From an uncultured bacterium (lineage in GTDB: Bacteria; Myxococcota_A; UBA796; CAJQPC01), in contig CAJQPC010000071.1 of NCBI GenBank assembly GCA_905480105.1, positions 55,594 to 119,593 of the forward strand: a stretch of DNA of 64,000 bases, in the 5' to 3' direction. Shown piece after piece: positions 40,618 through 49,613 of this stretch. The translations under genes and the position numbers were made by a program. Within the stretch, counting starts at the first letter, position 1, and the number at the start of each line of letters is the position of its first letter. The notes beneath the pieces were generated by a model. It did no database searches, had not been told where the DNA came from, and saw nothing but the letters and a program-made list of their open reading frames with translations.

Positions 40618-41598
40618 ATGAACGCTCCCATCAAGGTGGCCGTCACCGGCGCCGCTGGCAACATCGGCTACGCCCTGCTCTTCCGTCTGGCTTGTGGCTC
40701 CTGCTACGGCCCAAACCAGCCCATCATCCTCCAACTGCTCGAGATTCCTCCCGGAATGAAAGCCCTTGAAGGCGTGGTCATGGAGCTGATGGACGGCGCC
40801 TTTCCCTTGGTGCACGGCATTGAGATCACCGACCAGGCCGACGTGGCTTTTGACGGCGTGAACAACGCATTCTTGGTTGGCGCTCGCCCCCGCGGTCCCG
40901 GCATGGTGCGCGCTGACTTGGTCGCTGCCAACGGTCCCATCTTCGTGGGACAGGGCAAAGCCCTACAAAAGGCCGCCAGCGACCTTCAGGCACTCGTCGT
41001 CGGCAATCCTGCCAACACCAACGCCTTGATCGCCCTGCACAACGCAGGCGATTTGCCCAAGGACCGCATCCACGCCATGACCCGCCTGGATGAGAACCGT
41101 GCCAAGAGCCAGATCGCCTCCAAGCTGGGCGTGACCCCTGGCCAAGTGACCAACATGGCCATCTACGGCAACCACTCCCCCAGCATGTTCCCCGACTTCG
41201 CCCACGCCCGCGTCGACGGAAAGCTGGCCACCGAGCAGATCGACCAAGAGTGGTTCGAGGGCCACTTCATGAGCACCGTTCCCACCCGTGGCAAGGCCAT
41301 CATCACGGCCCGCGGCGCTAGCTCCGCCGCTTCCGCCGCCTCTGCCGCTGTGGACCACATGAGCACCCTCTGGAACGGTACCGCCCCTGGCGAGATCGCA
41401 TCCATCGGCCTGTACAGCGACGGCAGCAACTACGGCGTCCCTGCCGACATCGTCTATTCGGTTCCCTGCACCGTGAAGGACCGCAAGGTCACCCCCGTCA
41501 CCGACATTGAGCACAGCGACTGGGCCAAGGGCAAGATCCAAGCTTCCGTCGACGACCTGTTGGGCGAGCGTGCTGCTGTGAGCGAGCTCTTGGGTTAA
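40618..41598 (+). CDS. mdh: malate dehydrogenase
   Basis: [21 protein letters not shown]; [21 protein letters not shown]; [13 protein letters not shown]; [14 protein letters not shown]. Confidence 0.92.
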   Translation: MNAPIKVAVTGAAGNIGYALLFRLACGSCYGPNQPIILQLLEIPPGMKALEGVVMELMDGAFPLVHGIEITDQADVAFDGVNNAFLVGARPRGPGMVRADLVAANGPIFVGQGKALQKAASDLQALVVGNPANTNALIALHNAGDLPKDRIHAMTRLDENRAKSQIASKLGVTPGQVTNMAIYGNHSPSMFPDFAHARVDGKLATEQIDQEWFEGHFMSTVPTRGKAIITARGASSAASAASAAVDHMSTLWNGTAPGEIASIGLYSDGSNYGVPADIVYSVPCTVKDRKVTPVTDIEHSDWAKGKIQASVDDLLGERAAVSELLG

Positions 41599-41626
41599 AT
41601 CAGCCCTTTCTTTGTGCTTACAACAC

Positions 41627-41691
41627 CCTATCCGGGTGGGGTCTACGCGCCCCACTCCGGATAGGATCTGCGAGATCTTTGTCGCAGATCC
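41627..41691. promoter_or_regulatory. two adjacent, mutually overlapping strong hairpins downstream of mdh
   Basis: CCTATCCGG-GTGGGG-N8-CCCCAC-T-CCGGATAGG, sharing its final GG with GGATCTGCGA-N8-TCGCAGATCC. Confidence 0.55.
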
Positions 41692-41820
41692 ACCGGCCGC
41701 AATGGTCGACCCATGCAGATGACCACCACAAGCGGCACAGAAGCCCTTGACATGAGACCCGGCATGGTTTTTGCTTAGGCAACGCACACAGAGCGTAGCA
41801 ACGCTCCGGAGGCCCTAAAA

Positions 41821-43368
41821 ATGATTACCGCCTTGACCCTGTTTGCAGGGCTCACAGCTTGCAACGAGTATGAGCTAAAAGCTGAGACGGACGGCTACGG
41901 AGCCGGCGACCCTCAGATCGCACTGGCACCCGAAGTCCTTAACTTCGGCGAACTGGCCCGCGGCGAAACCTCCGTGCTGGAATTCGAGGTCACCAACGTC
42001 GGTGGTGGCGAGCTGCTGGTCTCCGATATCGAGCTCGGCGCAGGAAACGATGGCTTTACCATCCTGAACGACGACCTGGAGTTCGTGCTGCCCGCTGGCG
42101 CATCCGAGGCCATTCAGGTGGAGTTCACGCCCTTCGGCGTAGAGCAAGAGACCCTGGCCATCGTCTCGAGCAACGACGAGCTGGTCCCCAAGGCCACGGT
42201 CGATCTGCTGGGCGGCGGCTTGGTCCCCGAGCTGGAGATCAACCCGAACCCTTACGACTTTGGCAAGACCTACGTGGGCTGCGAGCAAGAGGCCAACCTG
42301 AGCTTGACCAACGTCGGCACCGACAGCCTGGACATCACCAGCATCGATGACTTTGGCACCACTGACTTTGGCCTGAGCCACAGCCTGTCTCTGCCCATGA
42401 CCTTGGCTCCAGGCGACAGCACCCAGCTCAGCATCTACTTCGACCCGAACGACGAGTCCGCCTACACCGGCGAGTTCGTGGTCAACAACACCGGTCCCCG
42501 CGCGAGCCTGGTTGGCATCGCAGAGGGCGAAGGCAAGTTCACAGCCGAGTACAAGGAGAAGTGGACCGTCCCCTTCGACCCACCCACGGACATTATGTTC
42601 CTGGTGGACAACTCCTGTTCCATGGACGACGACCAGGCCCGCCTGGCCAACAACTTTAGCTACTTCATCCAGAACTTGGACAGCTACACCAACGACTGGC
42701 ACGTCATCGTGATTGGCGACGATGACGGCTGCAAGGACCAAGCCGCAGGTATCCTTAAGTCCACCACCACCGGCTACGAGTCCAAGTTCTCCGCCGCCGT
42801 CAAAAGGGGCACCGGCTCCTGGTTGACCGAGGCGCTGCTTACCCCAGCCGCCCTGGCCACAGAATTGGCTGCAGGGGGCGGCGGCTGCAACGCCAGCTTC
42901 ATGCGTGATGGTGCTCTCCTGCACGTCATCATGGTCAGCGACGAGCCCGAGCAGAGCTCTGCCGCATGGGGCAGCTACGTCAACCGGATCCAGGCGGCCA
43001 AGGGATCTGCATCCCTGGTCAAGCTCTCCGCCATCGTGGGCGACTACCCAGGAGGCTGTGGCAGCGCGGACCCAGGTACCGGCTACTACGACGCTGTGAA
43101 CTACACCGGTGGTGAGTTCCTCAGCATCTGTGCCAGCTCCTGGACAAGCTACATGAGCGCCCTGGCCAAGGCTTCCATCTCCGTGGACACCTACGAGCTG
43201 CAAGCCACCCCAGTGGAGAGCACCATCGTCGTGCTCGTCAACGACGTAGAGGTCACCACTGGCTGGTACTACAACGTCGACGCCAACACCGTGGTCTTCG
43301 AGGTCGACATCCCAGAAGGCGGCGATGTGGTCAAGGTGAGCTACGCCGGCAAGGCCAACTGCGACTGA
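41821..43368 (+). CDS. lipoprotein-like protein with ASH/choice-of-anchor-D-type repeats and a vWA-like domain
   Basis: LNFGELARGETSVLEFEVTNVGGGELLVSDI; YDFGKTYVGCEQEANLSLTNVG; PPTDIMFLVDNSCSMDDDQ (MIDAS-like DxSxS variant). Confidence 0.7.
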   Translation: MITALTLFAGLTACNEYELKAETDGYGAGDPQIALAPEVLNFGELARGETSVLEFEVTNVGGGELLVSDIELGAGNDGFTILNDDLEFVLPAGASEAIQVEFTPFGVEQETLAIVSSNDELVPKATVDLLGGGLVPELEINPNPYDFGKTYVGCEQEANLSLTNVGTDSLDITSIDDFGTTDFGLSHSLSLPMTLAPGDSTQLSIYFDPNDESAYTGEFVVNNTGPRASLVGIAEGEGKFTAEYKEKWTVPFDPPTDIMFLVDNSCSMDDDQARLANNFSYFIQNLDSYTNDWHVIVIGDDDGCKDQAAGILKSTTTGYESKFSAAVKRGTGSWLTEALLTPAALATELAAGGGGCNASFMRDGALLHVIMVSDEPEQSSAAWGSYVNRIQAAKGSASLVKLSAIVGDYPGGCGSADPGTGYYDAVNYTGGEFLSICASSWTSYMSALAKASISVDTYELQATPVESTIVVLVNDVEVTTGWYYNVDANTVVFEVDIPEGGDVVKVSYAGKANCD

Positions 43369-43385
43369 GTCTCAGCGAGACCCAA

Positions 43386-43422
43386 AAAGAACCCCCGTCG
43401 GCACTGCCGACGGGGGTTCTTT
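43386..43422 (+). terminator. rho-independent terminator
   Basis: AAAGAACCCCCGTCGGCA-C-TGCCGACGGGGGTTCTTT near-perfect hairpin just after the 43368 stop, between convergent genes. Confidence 0.85.
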
Positions 43423-43449
43423 GCTCTGTCAGTTCCGCTTTTGGGAAGC

Positions 43450-44457
43450 TCAACCCACGATTTGCTGGAAGACCTGGACCGCGCGAGCAATGCCTGCGTC
43501 GTCCACATCCAGGTGGGTAACCAAGCGGATGGCGTCGTCGCTCAGGGCAAAACACAGCACCCCAGCAGCGTTCAGGGCCTCTGCAGCCGCCTCGGCACCC
43601 GCAATTTTCACGTAGACCATGTTGGTCTCTACCGGGCGGGTGCCCAGCCCAAGAGCGTTTAGCCCTGCGGCCAGATCTTGAGCGCGGCGGTGATCCTCGG
43701 CCAGGCGCTCCACGTGGTGCATCAAGGCGTAGCGGCCGGCGGCCGCGATGAAACCCGCCTGGCGCATGCCGCCGCCCAGCATCTTGCGCACTTTGCGGGC
43801 GCGAAAAATCATGTCCCTGGGCCCGGCAAGAATGCTGCCCACTGGAGCGCCCAGCCCCTTGCTCAGGCAGATGGAAACACTGTCCACGGGAGCCACAATC
43901 TCGGCCAAGCTCTTTCCACTGGCGACCACCGCATTCATGACGCGGGCACCATCCATGTGCACACGCAGGCCTTGCTCGCGGCACCCTTCTCCGATGCGCT
44001 CGAGCACCGAGAGTGGATAGACCGTGCCACCGCCCCTGTTGGCCGTGTTTTCCACCAAGACCAGAGCGGCCTGGGCAAAGTGGATGTTGTAAGGCCGAAC
44101 CGCGGCGAAGAGGGTCTCAGGGTCCAACAGCCCGCGCTCCCCTTGCACCAAGCGGGTCTGCACCCCGCTGATCACCGCCGCCCCGCCCGCCTCGTAGTGG
44201 TAGGGATGGGCGTCCGACTCCAGAATGATCTCGTCTCCAGGCTGGGTCCAACAGCGGATGGCGATCTGGTTGGCCATGGTTCCCGAGGGCGTAAAGAGCG
44301 CGGCCTCCATGCCGGTCAACTCAGCAGCTTCGGCTTCCAATGCGTTGCAGTTGGGGTCGTCTCCCAGCACATCATCGCCTACCTCGGCCGTGAACATGGC
44401 CTGCAGCATCTGCGGAGTGGGACGGGTGACGGTGTCAGAGCGTAGATCAACGGTCAT
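43450..44457 (-). CDS. low-specificity L-threonine aldolase-like PLP enzyme
   Basis: MTVDLRSDTVTRPTPQMLQAMFTAEVGDDVLGDDP; SICLSKGLGAPVGSILAG; 4-bp overlap with gpmI. Confidence 0.93.
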   Translation of the reverse strand: MTVDLRSDTVTRPTPQMLQAMFTAEVGDDVLGDDPNCNALEAEAAELTGMEAALFTPSGTMANQIAIRCWTQPGDEIILESDAHPYHYEAGGAAVISGVQTRLVQGERGLLDPETLFAAVRPYNIHFAQAALVLVENTANRGGGTVYPLSVLERIGEGCREQGLRVHMDGARVMNAVVASGKSLAEIVAPVDSVSICLSKGLGAPVGSILAGPRDMIFRARKVRKMLGGGMRQAGFIAAAGRYALMHHVERLAEDHRRAQDLAAGLNALGLGTRPVETNMVYVKIAGAEAAAEALNAAGVLCFALSDDAIRLVTHLDVDDAGIARAVQVFQQIVG

Positions 44458-46118
44458 GAGCGAACCTGGAGCAAGGAGGGGAGGTAGTCGGTCGGGGGCG
44501 TCAGGCCACACAGGAGCAGCAGAGTCGCCGAGACGTTGGCCAGTCCCGGCTCTGGGGTCTCGGAGAGCGTCCAGCGGGCGTGTGGGTCCACCACGGCGAA
44601 GGGAACGGGTGCCAAGGTGTGGCTGGTCTTGGGCTGGATGCTGTCCCCATCCATCTTGGGCTGGTTCTGCTTGTCCCGCATCCACATGTCGTCGGCGTTG
44701 CCGTGGTCCGCGGTGACCAGGAGCACGCCACCCGCCTTTACGACAGCCGCCTCCAGCTCAGCCACGCAGGAATCCACGACCTCCATCGCGGTGATGGTGG
44801 CCGCCAGATCGCCGCTGTGGCCCACCATGTCGCCGTTGGCGATGTTCAGCCGTACGTGATCCCAGCTCCCTGAGTCAATGGCAGCAATGGCCGCTTGGGT
44901 GATCTCCTGTGCTTTCATGGCGGGGGCCTGCTCGAAGGGAATCACGTCCGAGGGAATCTCGACGTACGCCTCCAGGGCATCGTCCAACAGCCCACTGCGG
45001 TTTCCATTGAAGAAGAAGGTCACGTGGCCAAACTTCTGGGTCTCGGAGACCACAAAGCTGCGGCGGCCATTCGCAGCCAAGTACTGACCCACGGTCGCAT
45101 CGATGCTGGGAGGCTCGATCAGGTAGCGGGCCGGGATCTTTAGGTCCCCGTCGTACTGCATGATTCCGGCGAAGCGGAAGCTGGGGGCGTCGCCGCGGTC
45201 TACCGGGGTTTCCTGGCCTTGGGCGGTAGAAGAGAACTCCAGAGCCCGGTCCCCGCGAAAGTTGAACAAGAGCATGCCGTCCCCTTCCTGCACGGAGCCG
45301 ATGGGCTGAGCCCCTTCAGGACCGCCTTCCTCAATGACAAAAGCAGGCAGGTACTGGTCGTTGACCGTGGGGTCCTCTGCGTAAAGGGTCTCCACAGCTT
45401 GCGTGGCGTTCTCAAAGCCGCGCCCCTGGCCCAAAACATGGGTGTCCCAACCGCGCTGCACCATCGACCAGTCGGCCTGGTAGCGGTCCATGGTGAGGTT
45501 CATCCGGCCGCCGCCACTGGCGATGCGGTAGTCCCGGTTGATCTTCCCCAGCGCCTCTTCCAGGGTCTGGATGTAGCCCAAGACGCTGCGCGCGCTCACG
45601 TCCCGCCCGTCACTGAGAATGTGAATGCGAACCCGCTCGATGCCCTGGGCGTCGGCCTGCTGCAGGATGTGCAGCAGGTGGTTGATGTGGCTGTGCACCC
45701 CCCCGTCAGAGAGCAAGCCCAAGAGATGCAGGGTGCCGCTCTGGGTCAGCCACTCCCAGGTCTTCCCAAAGGCCGATCCGTCCTTGAAAGCGGCTGCAAC
45801 GAGCTTGGCACCCTGAGCAATGATTCTGCCGGCCCCCAAAGCATTGTGCCCCACCTCTGAGTTGCCCATGTCCCCGTCCGAGGGCAGCCCTACGGCCGTA
45901 CCGTGCGCCTTGAGCTGGGTGGACATGGCACCCGCGAAGAGCCGGTCCAAAGTGGGCGTGTGGGCTTGGTAGACCGCGTCCCCACCATCCTGCAGGCCCA
46001 GGCCCACGCCATCCAAGATGCAGAGGACCACTGGGCCATTGTTGGAGGCACCGCTCGGGGCACTGCCAGGAAAACCGCGGCCAGGGAAGCCGGGGACATC
46101 GGGGAGCTTGTAGTTCAT
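44454..46118 (-). CDS. gpmI: 2,3-bisphosphoglycerate-independent phosphoglycerate mutase
   Basis: LPSDGDMGNSEVGHNALGAGRI; IHILSDGRDV; NIANGDMVGHSGD; TADHGNADDMW. Confidence 0.95.
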   Translation of the reverse strand: MNYKLPDVPGFPGRGFPGSAPSGASNNGPVVLCILDGVGLGLQDGGDAVYQAHTPTLDRLFAGAMSTQLKAHGTAVGLPSDGDMGNSEVGHNALGAGRIIAQGAKLVAAAFKDGSAFGKTWEWLTQSGTLHLLGLLSDGGVHSHINHLLHILQQADAQGIERVRIHILSDGRDVSARSVLGYIQTLEEALGKINRDYRIASGGGRMNLTMDRYQADWSMVQRGWDTHVLGQGRGFENATQAVETLYAEDPTVNDQYLPAFVIEEGGPEGAQPIGSVQEGDGMLLFNFRGDRALEFSSTAQGQETPVDRGDAPSFRFAGIMQYDGDLKIPARYLIEPPSIDATVGQYLAANGRRSFVVSETQKFGHVTFFFNGNRSGLLDDALEAYVEIPSDVIPFEQAPAMKAQEITQAAIAAIDSGSWDHVRLNIANGDMVGHSGDLAATITAMEVVDSCVAELEAAVVKAGGVLLVTADHGNADDMWMRDKQNQPKMDGDSIQPKTSHTLAPVPFAVVDPHARWTLSETPEPGLANVSATLLLLCGLTPPTDYLPSLLQVRS

Positions 46119-46158
46119 CTACACCCCCTATTCGGTATCCTTAAGCATCGGAGGTTCC

Positions 46159-46791
46159 ATGCTGTCCCTATTCGCCACTTTGCCCTTGATTGCGTGCACC
46201 CAAGCCCCACCCACCCTGAGCATGGTGGACCCAAAAGCCGGAGAGCCTGGAGAGCGGATCAAGGTGGTCGGTGCAGACTTTCAAGAAGGGGCCACGGCCA
46301 CTATGGGTGGTCAGGATCTCGCGGTCAAACGTCTGGGCGCGACCTTGCTCGAAGGAACTGTGCCTTTGCTTGAGGCAGGGGACCACACGGTGATTGTGGC
46401 CAACCCGGATGGACAGAACGCCAGCTCCCCCGGTGCGTTCACCATTGCTGCTCCCCCACAGGCGCTGAGCATCTGTGCCCAGGGGTACACCTCCTACACC
46501 CAGCTTGCTGCCGGCCGCAGCATCATCAAGATCGACATCCACCGCCCGGACACCGAAGAGATCGAGCAGCTGGAGATCAAGTTCCGGGATGTAGAGGGCG
46601 TGGAGTACCGGGCGGAGGTGCAGGGAGAGGCCCTATGCTCGGCCATCTTGCTCACCCTCAAAGACGGCCGCCGCATCGTGTACGAGGACTCCAAGGAGCT
46701 CAACTTCAAGAAGAAGGCCCAGGAGCTCGCCCAGATCGTCGGCGTGGGCATCGAGGTGACGGTGGACGAGGCCTTGCTGGATGAAGAGTGA
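46159..46791 (+). CDS. IPT/TIG-domain lipoprotein
   Basis: MLSLFATLPLIACTQAPP lipobox; LSMVDPKAGEPGERIKVVGADFQEGATATMGG. Confidence 0.7.
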   Translation: MLSLFATLPLIACTQAPPTLSMVDPKAGEPGERIKVVGADFQEGATATMGGQDLAVKRLGATLLEGTVPLLEAGDHTVIVANPDGQNASSPGAFTIAAPPQALSICAQGYTSYTQLAAGRSIIKIDIHRPDTEEIEQLEIKFRDVEGVEYRAEVQGEALCSAILLTLKDGRRIVYEDSKELNFKKKAQELAQIVGVGIEVTVDEALLDEE

Positions 46792-46997
46792 GCTGCCGTA
46801 TGTTGCGTGCGTTCGCGCGATCATGCCTGCGTGACCACGCAGAAACCAGCGCATGCTGCTCATGGAGACCTCGGGGATGGCGGGATTTCAAGCAAGGCGC
46901 CGCTTTTACACAGCTTTGGACTACGACCAAATCGCCCGCGAAACCGACTTCTTCTCCGACGGCGACGCCAAAGTCATCTTTGCCAAGCGCCTCTACG

Positions 46998-48176
46998 TTA
47001 GGGCGTCGCAAGCAGCTCCGCGACCGCCGTATAGCCACTTCTCATGGCCCCATGGACCGCGACGGTGTTCTGGGACGTGAACGCGCCTCCAGCCCAATAC
47101 AGGCGGTCATCCACGCTGGCAGACAGCGAATCGATGTCCCTCAAGGCGTCTGCCCCATAGACGTAGGCGCCCTGAATCCACGGCTCCTGGCTCCAGTTCT
47201 GGACGCGGGCGTTGAGCAGGTTCCGCGAGGCTGCACCGTCAAAGGCTGCATCCAGGTGCTGGAGGAGACGCTCCACGACCGCCTCGTCCTCCAAGCCCAC
47301 ATACTGAGCGGCTTGACGCCCGACACAGAAGAGGCTCAATAGATTCTGAGCGGACCCTTTGCGGAAGACCCCGTCCATCGCCAAGTGATCTACCCCACCC
47401 TGACCCAAGGGGCTCAACATGGTCAGGTCGGGATAGAACTTGGACTCCATCTCCAAGAAGACCTTGAGCCCGTCGACCACCTCACGCCCGTCGATGGCCT
47501 GCTGCTTCCACTCGGGAAGCTCCGGTGTGAAGGCAATGCGCCCTTGCTGCAGGATCTTCAAGGGCACGGCCAGAATCACCCGATCGGCCTGCTCGACGCG
47601 CCCGTCCTCCAGGTGGACGCTGACGCCGCTGCCCGAGGAGTCGATGGCGACCACCGGCGTGTTCAGCTGGAGCCGGTCAGCCGAGGCCGGCAGGAACCAG
47701 TCTTCCAGATAGGAATGCCAGGTCGTGCGTTTAAACTTGAACTCACCGTAGAGGTGCCGGAATCCGTCCATGGACTGCAGACGCGACCCCGTCCAGAGGC
47801 TCGTGGTCTGCGGGGCGTAGCGAACAACATCCAGGCTGGCGTTCACCCCGCTGTCATCAATGAGCTCGGCCAGCACACTGGGCTGGTCGTGGATCCACTC
47901 TGCGCCCAGGTCGATGGGCACATCCACAAAGTCATCCATGCGCTGTACGCGCCCACCCCAGCGGCTGCTGGCTTCGACAATCGTGTAGTCGATGCCGTAG
48001 CGCTCCAGCAGGTACCCGGCGGCCAATCCAGCGGCCCCGGCTCCCACAACCACCACGCGGCCCTGGAAGTTCACCGGCAAATCCCACCAGGTTCCCTGCG
48101 AGGCGCAGCCCACCGTCGGCAGCAAAGACACCAGCCCCGCGCCCGCGGCGCCCTTGAGAAAGCTCCGACGTCTCAT
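46998..48176 (-). CDS. FAD-dependent flavin amine oxidase with TAT-like signal
   Basis: MRRRSFLKGAAGAG; RVVVVGAGAAGLAAGYLLERYG; VEASSRWGGRV; VYWAGGAFTSQN-like C-terminus. Confidence 0.88.
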   Translation of the reverse strand: MRRRSFLKGAAGAGLVSLLPTVGCASQGTWWDLPVNFQGRVVVVGAGAAGLAAGYLLERYGIDYTIVEASSRWGGRVQRMDDFVDVPIDLGAEWIHDQPSVLAELIDDSGVNASLDVVRYAPQTTSLWTGSRLQSMDGFRHLYGEFKFKRTTWHSYLEDWFLPASADRLQLNTPVVAIDSSGSGVSVHLEDGRVEQADRVILAVPLKILQQGRIAFTPELPEWKQQAIDGREVVDGLKVFLEMESKFYPDLTMLSPLGQGGVDHLAMDGVFRKGSAQNLLSLFCVGRQAAQYVGLEDEAVVERLLQHLDAAFDGAASRNLLNARVQNWSQEPWIQGAYVYGADALRDIDSLSASVDDRLYWAGGAFTSQNTVAVHGAMRSGYTAVAELLATP

Positions 48177-48760
48177 GGGTTCTCCTTCCCTGAAAGCAGC
48201 ACACCAAAATTCACCGTAAACACTGTTCCCCCATTACTTTCCCATGCAAGCTGCTGACCCACACTCAGGTCAAGGAACACCGGAAACTGCCGCGAATGCC
48301 GCCAGGACAACCGCGTAGAGAGCTGCGGTACGGCCCAAAGCTGTTGTTCCCACACACCTTCAGAGCTGCCATCGGCGAGGTTCAGGCTCCTCTCGGTGGT
48401 CCGAGACTCCAGGCCCAAGCCGACGCCCACAGTGCTGGCGATGCGCAGAGTTCCGTCATCACCGAGCCGCTGCCACTCTGCGCCAAACTGAGGCGTGAGC
48501 TGACCATGAAAGGAGTCCTTGGGATTCACCCAACCGGCGAGGTCCAGCCCACCCTGCCACCGCGTGGCACCCAGGTCCCTACGAAGCCCGAGAATCAAAC
48601 CCGGCTGGCTCAGCCAGGGCAAGGTCAGTCCCAGGCTGAGCGCCTGCGGTGAAGGTTGGACCAAGGGCTGGACCAGAGGCTCAGAAGGGGGATGCGGTGC
48701 ACCGGACTGCGCGAGTGCGAGATCAGCCAACAACAAGATCATGAGCAGCTCCGGTTGCAA
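48173..48760 (-). CDS. hypothetical secreted protein
   Basis: 195 aa with signal-peptide-like MLLADLALAQSG; ATGA-type coupling with the oxidase. Confidence 0.5.
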   Translation of the reverse strand: MQPELLMILLLADLALAQSGAPHPPSEPLVQPLVQPSPQALSLGLTLPWLSQPGLILGLRRDLGATRWQGGLDLAGWVNPKDSFHGQLTPQFGAEWQRLGDDGTLRIASTVGVGLGLESRTTERSLNLADGSSEGVWEQQLWAVPQLSTRLSWRHSRQFPVFLDLSVGQQLAWESNGGTVFTVNFGVLLSGKENP

Positions 48761-48767
48761 CAGGCCA

Positions 48768-48812
48768 CCAACCTGTCAGGTGACATGTGTAGCCTGTCAA
48801 CTGACAGGTTGG
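48768..48812. promoter_or_regulatory. operator-like tandem dyads upstream of 48173..48760
   Basis: ACCTGTCAGGTGACATGT (48771) and GCCTGTCAACTGACAGGT (48792), 21 bp apart, embedded in a 12-bp perfect inverted repeat CCAACCTGTCAG...CTGACAGGTTGG. Confidence 0.55.
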
Positions 48813-48924
48813 CAAGCAAACACAAGGCTGGCGCCCCCCATGAGGTCCTCCTGCGCACGGCTTGAGACCATGGTGCGAGCGCTTAGGCCGCAGCTCTACG
48901 GCACCCCAGCTCTACAGCGTGTCC

Positions 48925-49497
48925 TCAGCCCTGACCGGCCTTGTGCAGCTCTTGGGTCAGCAGCACAAAACCGCTGCTCTGAAATGCACGGACTACAAAG
49001 CCCGGAACGCTGCCGCTGGGCTCGTAGTGCAGCTCGTAGACCACCTTGGTACCTGTGCCTTGGGGGCTCAACTCCCACTTCCCCGTGTCCTTCGCCGGCA
49101 CCACGTTTCCGTCTTTGGCTGTGGGCTGTGTTCCGGTCATGCTCCAAGCGTGCGTGACCGTCTCGCCTGAGACCGCCCGGGAGTAGAGCAGGTGGGCCTC
49201 GCGGTCCGAGATTCCGCCGGCCACATGACGCTGGTAAACCACCGATCCTGCGCTGTCAGTCGAGACCACAGTGGCCTCGGCAATGGAGCTATGCACCTTG
49301 TCGTGTCCACCCAAGTCCGTCAGCACCGCGTCGAGAGCGGCGACGCTCACATCGCTCCAAACACACTCCGCCCGCAAGGTGGGGTAGCCGCTCTCGTTCT
49401 TGGGAGAGCGGAAGTAGTCACAGCCACTCTGGGAGTCGAACTTCTCCCAGCCTGCGGGGGCGGCAAAGGCCAGGGTGACGGTGGCGAGAAGCAAGGA
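48925..49497 (-). CDS. START/SRPBCC-domain secreted protein
   Basis: Signal MSLLLATVTLAFAAPAG; YQRHVAGGISDREAHLLYSRAVSGETVTHAWSMTG; GTGTKVVYELHYEPSGSVPGFVV. Confidence 0.7.
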   Translation of the reverse strand, partial: SLLLATVTLAFAAPAGWEKFDSQSGCDYFRSPKNESGYPTLRAECVWSDVSVAALDAVLTDLGGHDKVHSSIAEATVVSTDSAGSVVYQRHVAGGISDREAHLLYSRAVSGETVTHAWSMTGTQPTAKDGNVVPAKDTGKWELSPQGTGTKVVYELHYEPSGSVPGFVVRAFQSSGFVLLTQELHKAGQG

Positions 49498-49613
49498 CAT
49501 TGAAAGCTCCGGGGTCGGGTCCCCTACAGGGGAACACGAAACTACCACCCCCTGGATCCGAGACGCATTCCCTGCGCCGTGGTTGACTAAGCTGGCAGAG
49601 GCAGGAGTCCTGG

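Noticed and set aside
41875-43203. 442-aa minus-strand ORF
   Set aside because: Antisense shadow of the ASH/vWA lipoprotein gene.
46853-47080. 75-aa + strand ORF (ALDYDQIARETDFFSDGDAKVIFAKRLY...)
   Set aside because: Sequence looks somewhat protein-like, but it overlaps the 3' end of the amine oxidase gene and has no recognisable domain; could be a remnant, not supportable.
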